From Candidatus Bathyarchaeia archaeon (GTDB taxonomy: Archaea; Thermoproteota; Bathyarchaeia; Bathyarchaeales; Bathycorpusculaceae), in NCBI GenBank assembly GCA_049521795.1, contig JBEKOM010000011.1:1-64000 (forward strand): a DNA stretch of 64,000 nucleotides, in the 5' to 3' direction. Under the pieces are notes generated by a model. It was not told the origin of the DNA and searched no databases. It was given only the letters and a program-made list of their open reading frames with translations. A program made the translations under genes and the position numbers. This document shows positions 1 through 8,968 of the stretch, one piece after another. Numbering within the stretch: position 1 is the stretch's first letter; the number at the start of each line of letters is the position of its first letter.

Positions 1-773
1 ATTCCTGGTGTAACAGCGCCTAAATTGTAAGTGTATGTTCCAGCCGCAGGCGTGGTTGTCCCACCGCTCGCGGCTATGATGCTTAGAGTACCTGTATTGG
101 CCGTTGCTGTGAAAACAGGCTGTATAGTTTCTGCGGCTTGGAAGATGCTGACTGTTAACGGATTGTTTGGGTTGCCCGTTTGGTATGGTGCACCATTGAA
201 GACCCAGCCCGTAAGCGTGTAGCCTGACGCCGGCGTTGCCGACACTTTTGTAGAGCCGCCTAAACTGAGAGTGTACGTTCCAGCCGCGGGCGTCGTTGTC
301 CCGCCAGTCGCAGCAACAACGCTTAAGGTGCACGATGTCTGTAGCGCGAAAACGATGTTGAAGCTGAAGCTGGAAATGCCAGACGCGTTCGAGAATACGG
401 TTAGGCTGGGGTTGATCTGAACGGTTTGGCCTGGCAGGATCTGTGGTTGCTGGCAGCTGAAGGTTGCAACGTTAGAGTTGTTGTTTGCTTGCCAATTTGC
501 TTCCGTGACGCTTAGGATGCCGCTGACGCTTCCTTGGTTTTGTACGTACATCGTGAGGCTTTTCGTCGCTCCGACTGTTAAGCTTCCCCAATTCACTGAG
601 GTTACTGGTGTAGTGCGATTCGCGTCCCAGTACACTCCCAGAGGCCCTGTGATCGAGGCTGCTGACACGTTCAATGGGGACCGTTGGAAAAACAGGTTTG
701 TCATGGACATCATCAGCAGCAGGGCGATTGCAGCAGTCATGATTAAACGGTTTTTAGCGTTCAAGCTTAGCAC
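1..773 (-). CDS. Secreted/surface protein, 3' end beyond window; N-terminal domain paralogous to 35929..37113, followed by ~80-aa beta-repeats (divergent InlB B-repeat-like)
   Basis: Not in ORF track (no stop in window). Manual translation: hydrophobic N-terminus (RLIMTAAIALLMMSM), GPLGVYWDANRTTPVTSVNWG..., then repeated TLSVVAATGGTTTPAAGTYT / TLSIIAASGGTTTPAAGTYT. Start is uncertain (GTG 773, or a later TTG/ATG). Confidence 0.8.
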   Translation of the reverse strand, partial: MLSLNAKNRLIMTAAIALLLMMSMTNLFFQRSPLNVSAASITGPLGVYWDANRTTPVTSVNWGSLTVGATKSLTMYVQNQGSVSGILSVTEANWQANNNSNVATFSCQQPQILPGQTVQINPSLTVFSNASGISSFSFNIVFALQTSCTLSVVAATGGTTTPAAGTYTLSLGGSTKVSATPASGYTLTGWVFNGAPYQTGNPNNPLTVSIFQAAETIQPVFTATANTGTLSIIAASGGTTTPAAGTYTYNLGAVTPG

Positions 774-1122
774 CCTTGATGTAGCAGTCTGTGTGGGTTG
801 GAGAGATCGGCCGGAAATGGATTGCTTTTGAGTCTCTGCGCTTCATCAGCCAGCCCATTCGAGCGAGCTGGTTGAGGTAGCTGCTCTCCAACGCTCGGCA
901 TCTTCCAGTGGCGTTTGACACTTCTGTGGCGTTGCATTCGCCTCTTGAGGCGACGGTCATGTAGGTTTTTCGAATGTGGTCCGGCAGCGAAAGCAGCTCC
1001 GACTTCGGTATCTCCAACGGCAGCGGGTTCCAGCCTGAGAAGCTGCGTTCGATGTCGTCAAGCCGGTAACGTATTCTTCGCATCTCTTTGAAGATCTGGT
1101 CGAAGATGGATCTCCTCACCAT
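754..1122 (-). CDS. Winged helix-turn-helix transcriptional regulator
   Basis: LSLPDHIRKTYMTV...ATEVSNATGRCRALESSYLNQLARMGWL wHTH pattern; close paralog at 35495..35881. Confidence 0.8.
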   Translation of the reverse strand: MVRRSIFDQIFKEMRRIRYRLDDIERSFSGWNPLPLEIPKSELLSLPDHIRKTYMTVASRGECNATEVSNATGRCRALESSYLNQLARMGWLMKRRDSKAIHFRPISPTHTDCYIKGAKLER

Positions 1123-1174
1123 GCTTTCTTCTCCCCTTCATCCGTCTTTTGGCTCTAAGGACATTGATCCGTAG

Positions 1175-1194
1175 CTTAAGGTTTTTTGAGAATG
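1175..1194 (-). promoter_or_regulatory. Putative BRE/TATA-like promoter motif shared by both wHTH paralogs
   Basis: Minus strand CATTCTCAAAAAACCTTAAG matches plus strand CATTCTCAAAAACTGTTAAG at 35419..35438; both lie about 55 nt before the start codon. Confidence 0.5.
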
Positions 1195-1720
1195 ATGTTT
1201 GAGTAGCCTGTGAATTCCGTTTCTCACGGATTGTCAATTTCTCTTGCTAGTCTTGTCAACTTTGCATAGAACCATTGTTTTTCGAGATTTTTCATCTTTA
1301 TTCTTGGTGAGTTCGTTGAGTAGGTTTGTCTGTGTCATTTCCTAGGCGCCAACCAAATCGCGCGCGCTTCTATCTAATCCCATTTCTTTCTCATTTACGA
1401 CGCACACGGCTTCTTGTTCCTCTGCACAATCACCCCCTAAATAGGCATAGCTGAGTCAACGTTCTAACTACTCTTTTTTCACCGGCAATTCACACTTCAG
1501 ATGATGACTCTCAGATCAACGCGTTGGTCCGAAGTACGAAATCGCGCTGGAAGAACGAAAATTCTTGAAAGAGCTGTACCCTGAGGCCTATAGACGTGTA
1601 GTTGAAGCGTGGCGCTTGCGCTTCTCGCTCGAGCCAGCCAGCTAGAATTTAAGCTTCCGACATGGGTCTTCGTTGAGGAACAAAAGTTAGACCTATAGTT
1701 CTCGAATCCGCGCGCACGGT

Positions 1721-1912
1721 TCATTTGTGCCGCTGTTTCTGACTCGCTTTGCGCCACGCCTGAACCCACTCTTCGTCACATTCATCCATCATCTGTAAAT
1801 AATCCTGATCTATAGCTTCAACTGATTTTTCTCCGAGTTCTATAAGTACGCCTTGAAAAAGAGCCGTATCGAGTTCTTTTGACTGTTCTGTCGTCTTCCT
1901 AGGCTTCTTCAT
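1721..1912 (-). CDS. Small protein of unknown function, DECDEEW family, copy 1 (63 aa)
   Basis: Paralogous to 2156..2350 and 7010..7223 (FQG...DQD.LQ.MDECDEEWV.AWR), which supports real coding. Confidence 0.75.
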   Translation of the reverse strand: MKKPRKTTEQSKELDTALFQGVLIELGEKSVEAIDQDYLQMMDECDEEWVQAWRKASQKQRHK

Positions 1913-2011
1913 GGAAACAAGCTTTCGATCAGATACATATTAGATTTGTGAACTCACAATCAACATGGAGGAGCTCGCGCAGCACGAGCGGTAGTTAAAT
2001 ATCGGATTAAT

Positions 2012-2330
2012 CTATGTTAAATGAATAGCCTAGCGTTTTGTGGCACATTAATAACACAATCTATTGGTAACGTGTGTGGTTCGCTCTTGTGTTATGCTGG
2101 TATCTTGTCAACAAATCTATTATGAGCCCGCTCGACAAGATGATAATCGACCTCCGTGAAAAAGCCCAAGACGGCAGAATCAGATTCGGATGTCTTCCAA
2201 GGCGCAATCGTGAGGCTAGAAAACCCCTCGGTTGCCATGGTGGATCAAGACGAGTTGCAATTGATGGATGAGTGCGACGAAGAGTGGGTCCGGGCATGGC
2301 GGAGCGGACTCAGCAGAAGAATTGAAGAGA
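2012..2330 (+). repeat. Segmental duplication (upstream region plus peptide), partner 6865..7186
   Basis: ctatgttaaatgaatagcctagcgttttgtggcacattaataacacaatct aligns with ctatgctgaatgagacatctagtgttttgtagcatattgatgacactatct, and the similarity continues through the peptide. Confidence 0.8.
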
Positions 2331-2350
2331 AAGCGTGCGCGCTAAACTGA
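2156..2350 (+). CDS. Small protein of unknown function, DECDEEW family, copy 2 (64 aa)
   Basis: MKKPK...VFQGAIVRLE...DQDELQLMDECDEEWVRAWR; divergent from copy 1. Confidence 0.75.
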   Translation: MKKPKTAESDSDVFQGAIVRLENPSVAMVDQDELQLMDECDEEWVRAWRSGLSRRIEEKACALN

Positions 2351-2435
2351 GCCAGCTTAATCACAATCGCTCGGCGAAGCATCCTGATCATTCGATTCCC
2401 GATTCCGCGTAATTGTCTTCAGGACGAGGATTTTG

Positions 2436-4277
2436 TCACGTTGTTTTTCCAAAGTTGTTGGCAAGTGTTATTGCATCTAAAATGTTTACGATACCATCGT
2501 TGTTTAAGTCAGCATAAGGATTCCATGTGGAACTGGTCGGTGTAGACCAGAATGCTGAAGATAATAAAATAGCATCTAGGATGTTAACCACGCCGTCACC
2601 GTTTACATCTCCGGGAAGGCGCGCCATAGTGTGGCCAACCGTTATTGCAATGGTGGGTTTAAGGTCTGAGTACTGGGTTATTCCCAGAGCAGCCTTGGTG
2701 GCGTTCTCATCCACGATTTTGCCCGAGTCGGCAACGAGTCCCCATGCGGCACTTTCCAGAAAAACATCTTGAAACGCGCAACCCGCCTCAGTGTACGCCC
2801 AATCTATGTTTGAATAATCCATCCTGCTCGTATTCAGAATCGGCAACAAAATCATCGGGGCTGAAGCCATCCAGGTTTCCCCCGTCGCCTGCGCTATAGC
2901 ACCTCTTTCGTCGCCTGAAGATTCCTTCAATACAGCTTGTGTCCAAAGATCGTACAGGTATGTGCCCGTGGAGTTTAACATCCACATCGTAAACACATAA
3001 GCTCCCCCGGCGCTGGGCACCGTGCGGTGTTGAGTTGGATTGACATAGGGGCGAACGTCAACCAGGTAGGAAAGACCGTAAGCAGACCATAAGATCTGTG
3101 AAATCTCCTGAGACGTGAGCGGCGTTTCATTCCATTCGTGTGATGTTCTCGTCTCCAACAGAGCATAGTCGAGGAAAACTGAGCTTTGTTTAACCGAAGG
3201 CAATAGCTCCCAACCAGGATAAGTAGAGGACGGCAGGGCTGCGCAAGTGAAATTGTAGAAAGAGGATGGAATGGGATGTCCCAGAGGCATGTTGTACAGA
3301 ATGACTTCATCCGTCGGAAGATCAAGTACGTCATGAAAGAGAGTTGCATTTATTCCTCCTACGCATACTGTGCCAAGGCCAAGAGCGTCGGCTTCAAGGT
3401 AGATGTTCTGAACGACAGCTCCAGCTTCGAGTGCACCTAAGTTAGTGTCAGCAAACTCGTACTGACTAAGGTTGAGAGTGATGAACAGTTCAACTGGCGC
3501 AAGAAAGTAGTCGAAATAGTTCTTGTCATAGCCTCTATAATCACCGCGTCTCCACAGTTCCAGTACCTGCTGGGCCGGATCGTATCTGTAGACAGCGGTT
3601 TCGTTGCAGACATAGATGACCAGAGGATAGTTTCCAGAAACATTGGAAACAGTTCTCCCCCAAGAGGAAATACCGTACCCTGCCCACAGCACCCTTAAGA
3701 GCTGGTCCGATGAAACCTCGGGAACCGTGTAGTTCTCTGTATATGGGAAATCTCTTAGGGAAACCCTGCGCGCCATAGCAAGCTCAAGCGGCACACCCGG
3801 AATGTATGAATAACTATTCTGAAAGTCATATATTGCCACGGGGATGGATGTGGAATCGAATGTTTGATTGCCACTTATAATCGTGAATTTCTCAATTTGC
3901 CCTTGATTTCCATTCACGGCGTCAAACACTCTGAGAAACCATCTGTGCTCCTCAGACGGTGGCAAATACTGGGCTGCCCCGGAAGCGTCAACAGTTAGGT
4001 TAAGATTGCCTGTGCCAGGCTCCTCGTTCCAAACACGGATCGACCAAATGGGCTTTCCTGGGTCACCCACACCCAAGTCGACCACAAGGTCGCTAATGGA
4101 ACTGTGTTCGATGTAGATTTGGGCAACTGGCCCGGGGTCTTGTGGATTGAGCATGACTGCTGAGGGAACAGTTAGAGACACGTTGCAAAAATCAACGAGT
4201 CCATAGGACATCGTTATTGGAAGACATAACAGAAGAATCAAACTTGTACCGGTTAAAAGCCTCCTCATAAACAACAC
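2436..4277 (-). CDS. Secreted multidomain protein: P-proprotein-like domain, two SagB/ThcOx-type nitroreductase domains, C-terminal dockerin type I
   Basis: Signal peptide; IEHSSISDLVVDL...WFLRVFD...GQIEKFTI (P-domain-like); RRVSLRDF, QLLRVLWAGYG, EAGAVVQNIYLEA, RTVPSAGG (SagB-like); GDVNGDGVVNILD and ADLNNDGIVNILD (dockerin). Confidence 0.85.
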   Translation of the reverse strand: MLFMRRLLTGTSLILLLCLPITMSYGLVDFCNVSLTVPSAVMLNPQDPGPVAQIYIEHSSISDLVVDLGVGDPGKPIWSIRVWNEEPGTGNLNLTVDASGAAQYLPPSEEHRWFLRVFDAVNGNQGQIEKFTIISGNQTFDSTSIPVAIYDFQNSYSYIPGVPLELAMARRVSLRDFPYTENYTVPEVSSDQLLRVLWAGYGISSWGRTVSNVSGNYPLVIYVCNETAVYRYDPAQQVLELWRRGDYRGYDKNYFDYFLAPVELFITLNLSQYEFADTNLGALEAGAVVQNIYLEADALGLGTVCVGGINATLFHDVLDLPTDEVILYNMPLGHPIPSSFYNFTCAALPSSTYPGWELLPSVKQSSVFLDYALLETRTSHEWNETPLTSQEISQILWSAYGLSYLVDVRPYVNPTQHRTVPSAGGAYVFTMWMLNSTGTYLYDLWTQAVLKESSGDERGAIAQATGETWMASAPMILLPILNTSRMDYSNIDWAYTEAGCAFQDVFLESAAWGLVADSGKIVDENATKAALGITQYSDLKPTIAITVGHTMARLPGDVNGDGVVNILDAILLSSAFWSTPTSSTWNPYADLNNDGIVNILDAITLANNFGKTT

Positions 4278-4315
4278 CTTTGCGCGATCGCTCTTTCTTC
4301 TGTCTGTCCGTGCGT

Positions 4316-4355
4316 TAGCGCGCGCACGCGCGCGCTACATATATATGCACGCGCA
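4316..4355. repeat. (GC)n palindrome TAGCGCGCGC-AC-GCGCGCGCTA plus alternating purine/pyrimidine tract
   Basis: Read directly from the sequence; followed by catatatatgcacgcgca. Confidence 0.9.
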
Positions 4356-5049
4356 GTCTTATACTTTTCTCGCCTTCAAAAAAACTGAAGATAGAGAGAA
4401 TAAAGCGCGCTGTAGGGTTTATTTTCGCGCGCGCGATGCCAAATCAATATTTTGGAGCGACACTTACCAAAGGAATGACGCCCATGGAGTAATCGTTCGA
4501 CAACGACAGGCTACTGCGCTCAAATATATCGACGAATTATCACTTCCAAAAACCGCTCGTGTCCTCGAAATCGGATGCGGAGCAGGGTTCTTAGCAATAG
4601 CCCTTACGCAGAGAGGATTTGTTGTGGAGGCAGTGGACCATGCCCCTGCAATGATCAAGCTGACCCAAAGACACGCAGAACAGGCAAGCGTGGATGATCG
4701 GATTCGCGCATCAATTGAAGATGTTCACGAACTCAGTTTCGAAGATGAATCGTTTGACATAATCGTCGCTTTAGGAGTAGTCAGTTGGCTACATGATCTG
4801 AAGAAAGCACTGGTTGAGATTGTAAGGGTCTTAAAACCCGGCGGATACGTTGTTCTAAACACAGGGCGCGCACACGCGTTACTTAATCCTTTATCGATCC
4901 CTGCATTTGAGTCGATCTTAGAAAGATTGAATCGTAAACTTGAAAGAATCGTCACCTGTGATCCGCAGAATCTTGCTCGCGCTCACGCCTATTTGGACAA
5001 GGAATTCAATCGGTATCTCCGTAACGTGAATCGCGCGCGCGCTCGGTGA
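4345..5049 (+). pseudogene. Class I SAM methyltransferase, damaged paralog of 7323..8171
   Basis: VLEIGCGAG motif. In-frame homology to 7323..8171 runs only from about 4435 to 5031, bounded by (CG)n runs. About 70 C-terminal residues are missing. Confidence 0.7.
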
Positions 5050-6167
5050 GGAAGATGGCTTACCATGTCTCCAAGAACTCTGTCTGTGGCGTTTCGGATT
5101 CTGTCCTGCGTTGGAATATAGTGAGACTGGCTTCTCTTCTCGAAGCCCTTGAGATCCTCTCTTGAGAGATTAAGCATCTCTAGCCATAATTCGAGTTCGT
5201 GTGGTTCCCGCAAGTTTTGCTCTTCCTCCTTCAACGTCAATTCCAGGGCTTTATCTCTTGAGATCTGTTCATTTCTTACAAGCATGCTATACCATGCAGC
5301 TGCTGAGAAGCCCCATTTTCTCTGTCTGAGATAATCGTTCACGGATTCCATTGTGCAATCTATGTGATGGAACCTGTCTGCCTCTTGTTTCCAGTTGAGT
5401 TCATCCTTAAGCGTTTTGAGCATCAGATTTATGTCCCATCCAATGTAATCGAAAATAGGTAGAATGTTTATCTTTCTTGTGGGAAGAAAATGTTGCGATA
5501 TCTTTCTCAACGTGCCGTTGTGGAAATCTCCTTGCAAGTGAAGATATTCTTCTGCATCTCTAATTGACATTTCGCCACGTATGACTTCTTTGAAGTAGTA
5601 AGGGGACCAGCTGTAGATGCGATTGCCCCTAGGAAGTCGTTCGCTTATTCTGTTTGATGATCCTGAGACCACGAGAGGGATGCCAAAATCCTGCGCGATT
5701 TTGTAGCTGAAAGACCATATTCCGAGGTTGCATGGTGTGCAGAATTCTCCTGTTTTCCTGAAGAATAATGCGTAGAGTTTGCTAGCCTTCTCCCAATCTG
5801 GACCTGTTGAAACAAAATCCACGGATAGTTTCCTAGTGGCGTTCGTCAGGTTTCGTCTTGCTATTTCGGATTGGAAGCCATTGTTGAAATTGAAAGCCAA
5901 CGTTCTCAGATTGTAGAATCTACTGCAAACATAGAGAACATAGGTGCTGTCCAAACCGCCGCTTATCGGAACGAGGCAATCATACTTCTTACCCTTGTTT
6001 TTGAATGAATTAATGATTTTATTCAGTTCTTTCTTCCTTTGAATCGTGCTATGTTTGAAACCGCCCCACTCTTCATCAAAGTCATGACATACGTTGCAAG
6101 TCCCGTTTGAATCGAAACTTATCCCGGGGCAAGTTGCCGGCAGAACGCATTTTGCACATATCTTCAT
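4989..6167 (-). CDS. N-acetyl sugar amidotransferase (WbuX/WbpG-like, PP-loop)
   Basis: MKICAKCVLP...GISFDSNGTCNVC, YDCLVPISGGLDSTY; C-terminus runs through a (GC)n junction. Confidence 0.85.
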   Translation of the reverse strand: MKICAKCVLPATCPGISFDSNGTCNVCHDFDEEWGGFKHSTIQRKKELNKIINSFKNKGKKYDCLVPISGGLDSTYVLYVCSRFYNLRTLAFNFNNGFQSEIARRNLTNATRKLSVDFVSTGPDWEKASKLYALFFRKTGEFCTPCNLGIWSFSYKIAQDFGIPLVVSGSSNRISERLPRGNRIYSWSPYYFKEVIRGEMSIRDAEEYLHLQGDFHNGTLRKISQHFLPTRKINILPIFDYIGWDINLMLKTLKDELNWKQEADRFHHIDCTMESVNDYLRQRKWGFSAAAWYSMLVRNEQISRDKALELTLKEEEQNLREPHELELWLEMLNLSREDLKGFEKRSQSHYIPTQDRIRNATDRVLGDMVSHLPHRARARFTLRRYRLNSLSK

Positions 6168-6649
6168 TACTTCTCCCTCTTTTTCCCGCAGGCGATCGTT
6201 TTCCTGAGCAAAGTTCCTCGGCAGTATCCGCTAGCCAAAAAGCACACGCATGAACCTGTTTTTTCGAAACCGTTGTTTTCGAACACGTGTCGGGAGACTT
6301 TCATAAACTTGTTTTTGATGTAGATGCCGGCATAGGCCTCAGTGAAATTCTTCTCCCCTAAGCGTTTTACGGCTTCCTCGACAAGTTTTGTTCCTACGCC
6401 TTGATAACGATGCTCTGGAAAAACATACAATTTTGATATCCACCCGCTGTAGATTTTCTGTAGCAGATTATCCAGACACTGGGTAAAACTTTCCTTCCAA
6501 CTCCCACAAATAAATGAGATATCCTTGCTGCCGACGCTTACTGCTCCAAGCATTATTCCGTCGCGTTCAACAATTAGAATGTCTTCTCCATCTGATAGAA
6601 GATCAGGCTTGCTCTTGGAATAAGGAGGCATCTTCGCAAGAGATACCAT
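6167..6649 (-). CDS. GNAT family N-acetyltransferase
   Basis: ISKLYVFPEHRYQGVGTKLV acetyl-CoA binding motif; NNGF. Confidence 0.85.
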   Translation of the reverse strand: MVSLAKMPPYSKSKPDLLSDGEDILIVERDGIMLGAVSVGSKDISFICGSWKESFTQCLDNLLQKIYSGWISKLYVFPEHRYQGVGTKLVEEAVKRLGEKNFTEAYAGIYIKNKFMKVSRHVFENNGFEKTGSCVCFLASGYCRGTLLRKTIACGKKREK

Positions 6650-7009
6650 GTCTTGTTTAGTGGCAAGCCTCGTATTTGTTGAACTCGTCCATGTTGCCTG
6701 CTTTGTTCTTCATTCGTTAATTTGTCGAGCGCGCATGCGTCTATGTGAAGCTCTCATTTATTCTTTTCCGTCTGAATTGGCCAGAAATTGTTTTTATCGT
6801 TTGTTTTTCGGGATTTAAGGTCAGCTTCCTGCGGCACATTTTTGTCTGACTTGTTTGGCGCGCGCTATGCTGAATGAGACATCTAGTGTTTTGTAGCATA
6901 TTGATGACACTATCTTGTTGACGATGCGCGTGGTTTCGTTGTGTAACATGTTGATTTCTAATAAACAAACCTAATATAGCCTGCATAAGACAATGATAGT
7001 TCGACCGTT

Positions 7010-7223
7010 GTGAGAAAATCCAAGAATGCAGTAACCGATATGAATGTTTTCAAAGGCGCAATCGTGAATCTTGAACGGCCCCCTGTTGCAGTAGTGGATC
7101 AAAGATGAGTTGCAACTAATGGATGAATGCGACGAAGAGTGGGTCCGAGCATGGCGTAGCGAACTAAGCAGAAAATCGAAGACAAATAGAACACAAAGAG
7201 CGCGCGCTGTTTTGCGTATGTGA
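7010..7223 (+). pseudogene. DECDEEW family small protein, copy 3, frameshifted
   Basis: GTG 7010 gives MRKSKNAVTDMNVFKGAIVNLERPPVAVVDQ. An extra A at 7101-7103 gives TGA at 7106, and the +1 frame continues DELQLMDECDEEWVRAWRSELSR. Confidence 0.8.
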
Positions 7224-7322
7224 CGAGAGAGATAGTAAAGGAAAGACAAAAACTATTTCAGAGCGTGATGATTTATCGATATTGAGGAAGAATAACTGAG
7301 CGAGGATGGGCATAGTACAATT

Positions 7323-8171
7323 GTGGGCAAGGAAGACTACAACCATAAGCAGAAGCTCGTAGACAAGCTCTTCGATGCCAGATCAGCGTTCTGGAGAGAC
7401 ACTTACCAACAGAATGATGCCCATGGAATCATTGTTCGACAGCGGCAGGCTATTGCGCTTAAATACGTCGACGAATTGTCACTGCCAAAAACTGCCCGCG
7501 TTCTCGAGATCGGTTGCGGGGCAGGTTTTATGGCAGTAGCTCTTGCTCGCAGAGGATTTACGGTGGAGGCAGTGGACCATGCCCCCGCAATGATCGAGCT
7601 AACCCAAAAACACGCAAAACATACAGGCATGGATGATCGAATTCATGTGGCAATTGAAGACGTTCACGAACTCACTTTTGAAGATCGATCGTTTGACCTG
7701 ATCGTTGCTTTGGGAGTAATTAGCTGGCTCCACGATCTTAGAAGAGCACTAGTCGAGATTACGAGGGTCTTAAAGCATGGCGGATACGTTGTTCTAAACA
7801 GTGGGCGCGCGCATGCGTTACTTAATCCCATGTCGAACCCTGCATTTGAGTTGATTCTAGAAAGGTTGAAGAGAATTACTGCTCGTGATCAGCAGAGTAT
7901 TGCTCGGCCTCACGCTTATTTGGAACAGGAATTCAATCAATACCTCTGCGAGGCGAATCTGACGATCATAAAGAAGACAAATGTAGGGTTTGGGCCATTC
8001 AAGATCCTCAACCATAAAATATTCTCTGATCAGGTAGAAATCAAAATCCAGCAGAAATTACAACATTACGCTGATAACGGATATCCAATAATACGGTCGG
8101 CCGGAGGGCAGTACATCGTTTTGGCGAGAAAGAAGTTATCCGCACGCCTACGAAACGTATCCACTTTTTGA
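7323..8171 (+). CDS. Class I SAM-dependent methyltransferase (Methyltransf_11-like)
   Basis: VLEIGCGAG, FEDRSFDLIV, RVLKHGG motifs. Confidence 0.9.
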   Translation: MGKEDYNHKQKLVDKLFDARSAFWRDTYQQNDAHGIIVRQRQAIALKYVDELSLPKTARVLEIGCGAGFMAVALARRGFTVEAVDHAPAMIELTQKHAKHTGMDDRIHVAIEDVHELTFEDRSFDLIVALGVISWLHDLRRALVEITRVLKHGGYVVLNSGRAHALLNPMSNPAFELILERLKRITARDQQSIARPHAYLEQEFNQYLCEANLTIIKKTNVGFGPFKILNHKIFSDQVEIKIQQKLQHYADNGYPIIRSAGGQYIVLARKKLSARLRNVSTF

Positions 8172-8182
8172 TGATGAACAGA

Positions 8183-8968
8183 TTAATTTGCGAGCGCTGA
8201 ATCTTTTCTGGTCTGCACGCGCGCGCTAATTTTGAAAGGTCTCAGTCGGACTGAAGACAAGGTCATGTCTACCGTCAAGGGCACGCCATGATACTCTGCT
8301 AGAGTCATCGGCTCAACATTAGGCGTTGTGATCTTCGCGATTTCATACATCGACATTCTCTCTTCACCCCGTATATGAACGATCCCAGTAAGCCCCTGTG
8401 GAGCGCGCGCGCGCTTAACCACAGACTTTACTGCGGCCGCTACGTCAGAAGCGAAAAGGTACGTGCCGTACCTGTCGACGAACGCTCTTGGGTACGGCCA
8501 CTTTTCCTTGGCCACAAAATTGGTCCTTACAATGAGAGACTTCAATCGCGAGCATTTCACCACAAATTCCGCAAGCAACTTTGTGAGGGAGTAGTAGTTC
8601 TTGGGATACGGCAAGTCCGTTTCAACGTAGTTACCCACGTCGCCACGGAAAACGCAGGCCGTGGAAATCTGCACGAAGAAGCACTTGGCATTGTGCACTG
8701 AGCAGGCGCCCACAAGATTCTCTGTGCCCGTGACGTTCGTCTCATAGGCTTCTTTTCTGTTCTCCTCGCAGAAAGGCACGCTCGTGAGGGCTGCAGCGTG
8801 AATTACTACGTCTGGCTTTTCCTTGGCAATGTACTTGTCTACCGAGGCCTTCACCGTCAGGTCAAGTTCTTGCCTAGTCGGATGCAACGCCTCTGGGAAA
8901 ACCCTGACGAGTTCTGTTCCTAGCTTGCCTGAGCCTCCTGTTATCAGAACCTTATCCATCAGGCCCAT
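8183..8968 (-). CDS. RmlD-like NDP-4-keto-sugar reductase (extended SDR)
   Basis: ITGGSGKLG, DVVIHAAALT, YSLTK (YxxxK). Confidence 0.88.
   Translation of the reverse strand: MGLMDKVLITGGSGKLGTELVRVFPEALHPTRQELDLTVKASVDKYIAKEKPDVVIHAAALTSVPFCEENRKEAYETNVTGTENLVGACSVHNAKCFFVQISTACVFRGDVGNYVETDLPYPKNYYSLTKLLAEFVVKCSRLKSLIVRTNFVAKEKWPYPRAFVDRYGTYLFASDVAAAVKSVVKRARAPQGLTGIVHIRGEERMSMYEIAKITTPNVEPMTLAEYHGVPLTVDMTLSSVRLRPFKISARVQTRKDSALAN

Noticed and set aside
1235-1440. Tiny minus-strand ORFs upstream of the wHTH (e.g. MTQTNLLNEL...)
   Set aside because: Under 40 aa, with no counterpart recognised upstream of the paralogous cassette.
1721-8171. Thiazole/oxazole (TOMM) or lasso-peptide cluster
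   Set aside because: No YcaO/E1, RRE or B-protein. The SagB-like protein is exported, and the PP-loop enzyme has the N-acetyl-sugar amidotransferase signature.
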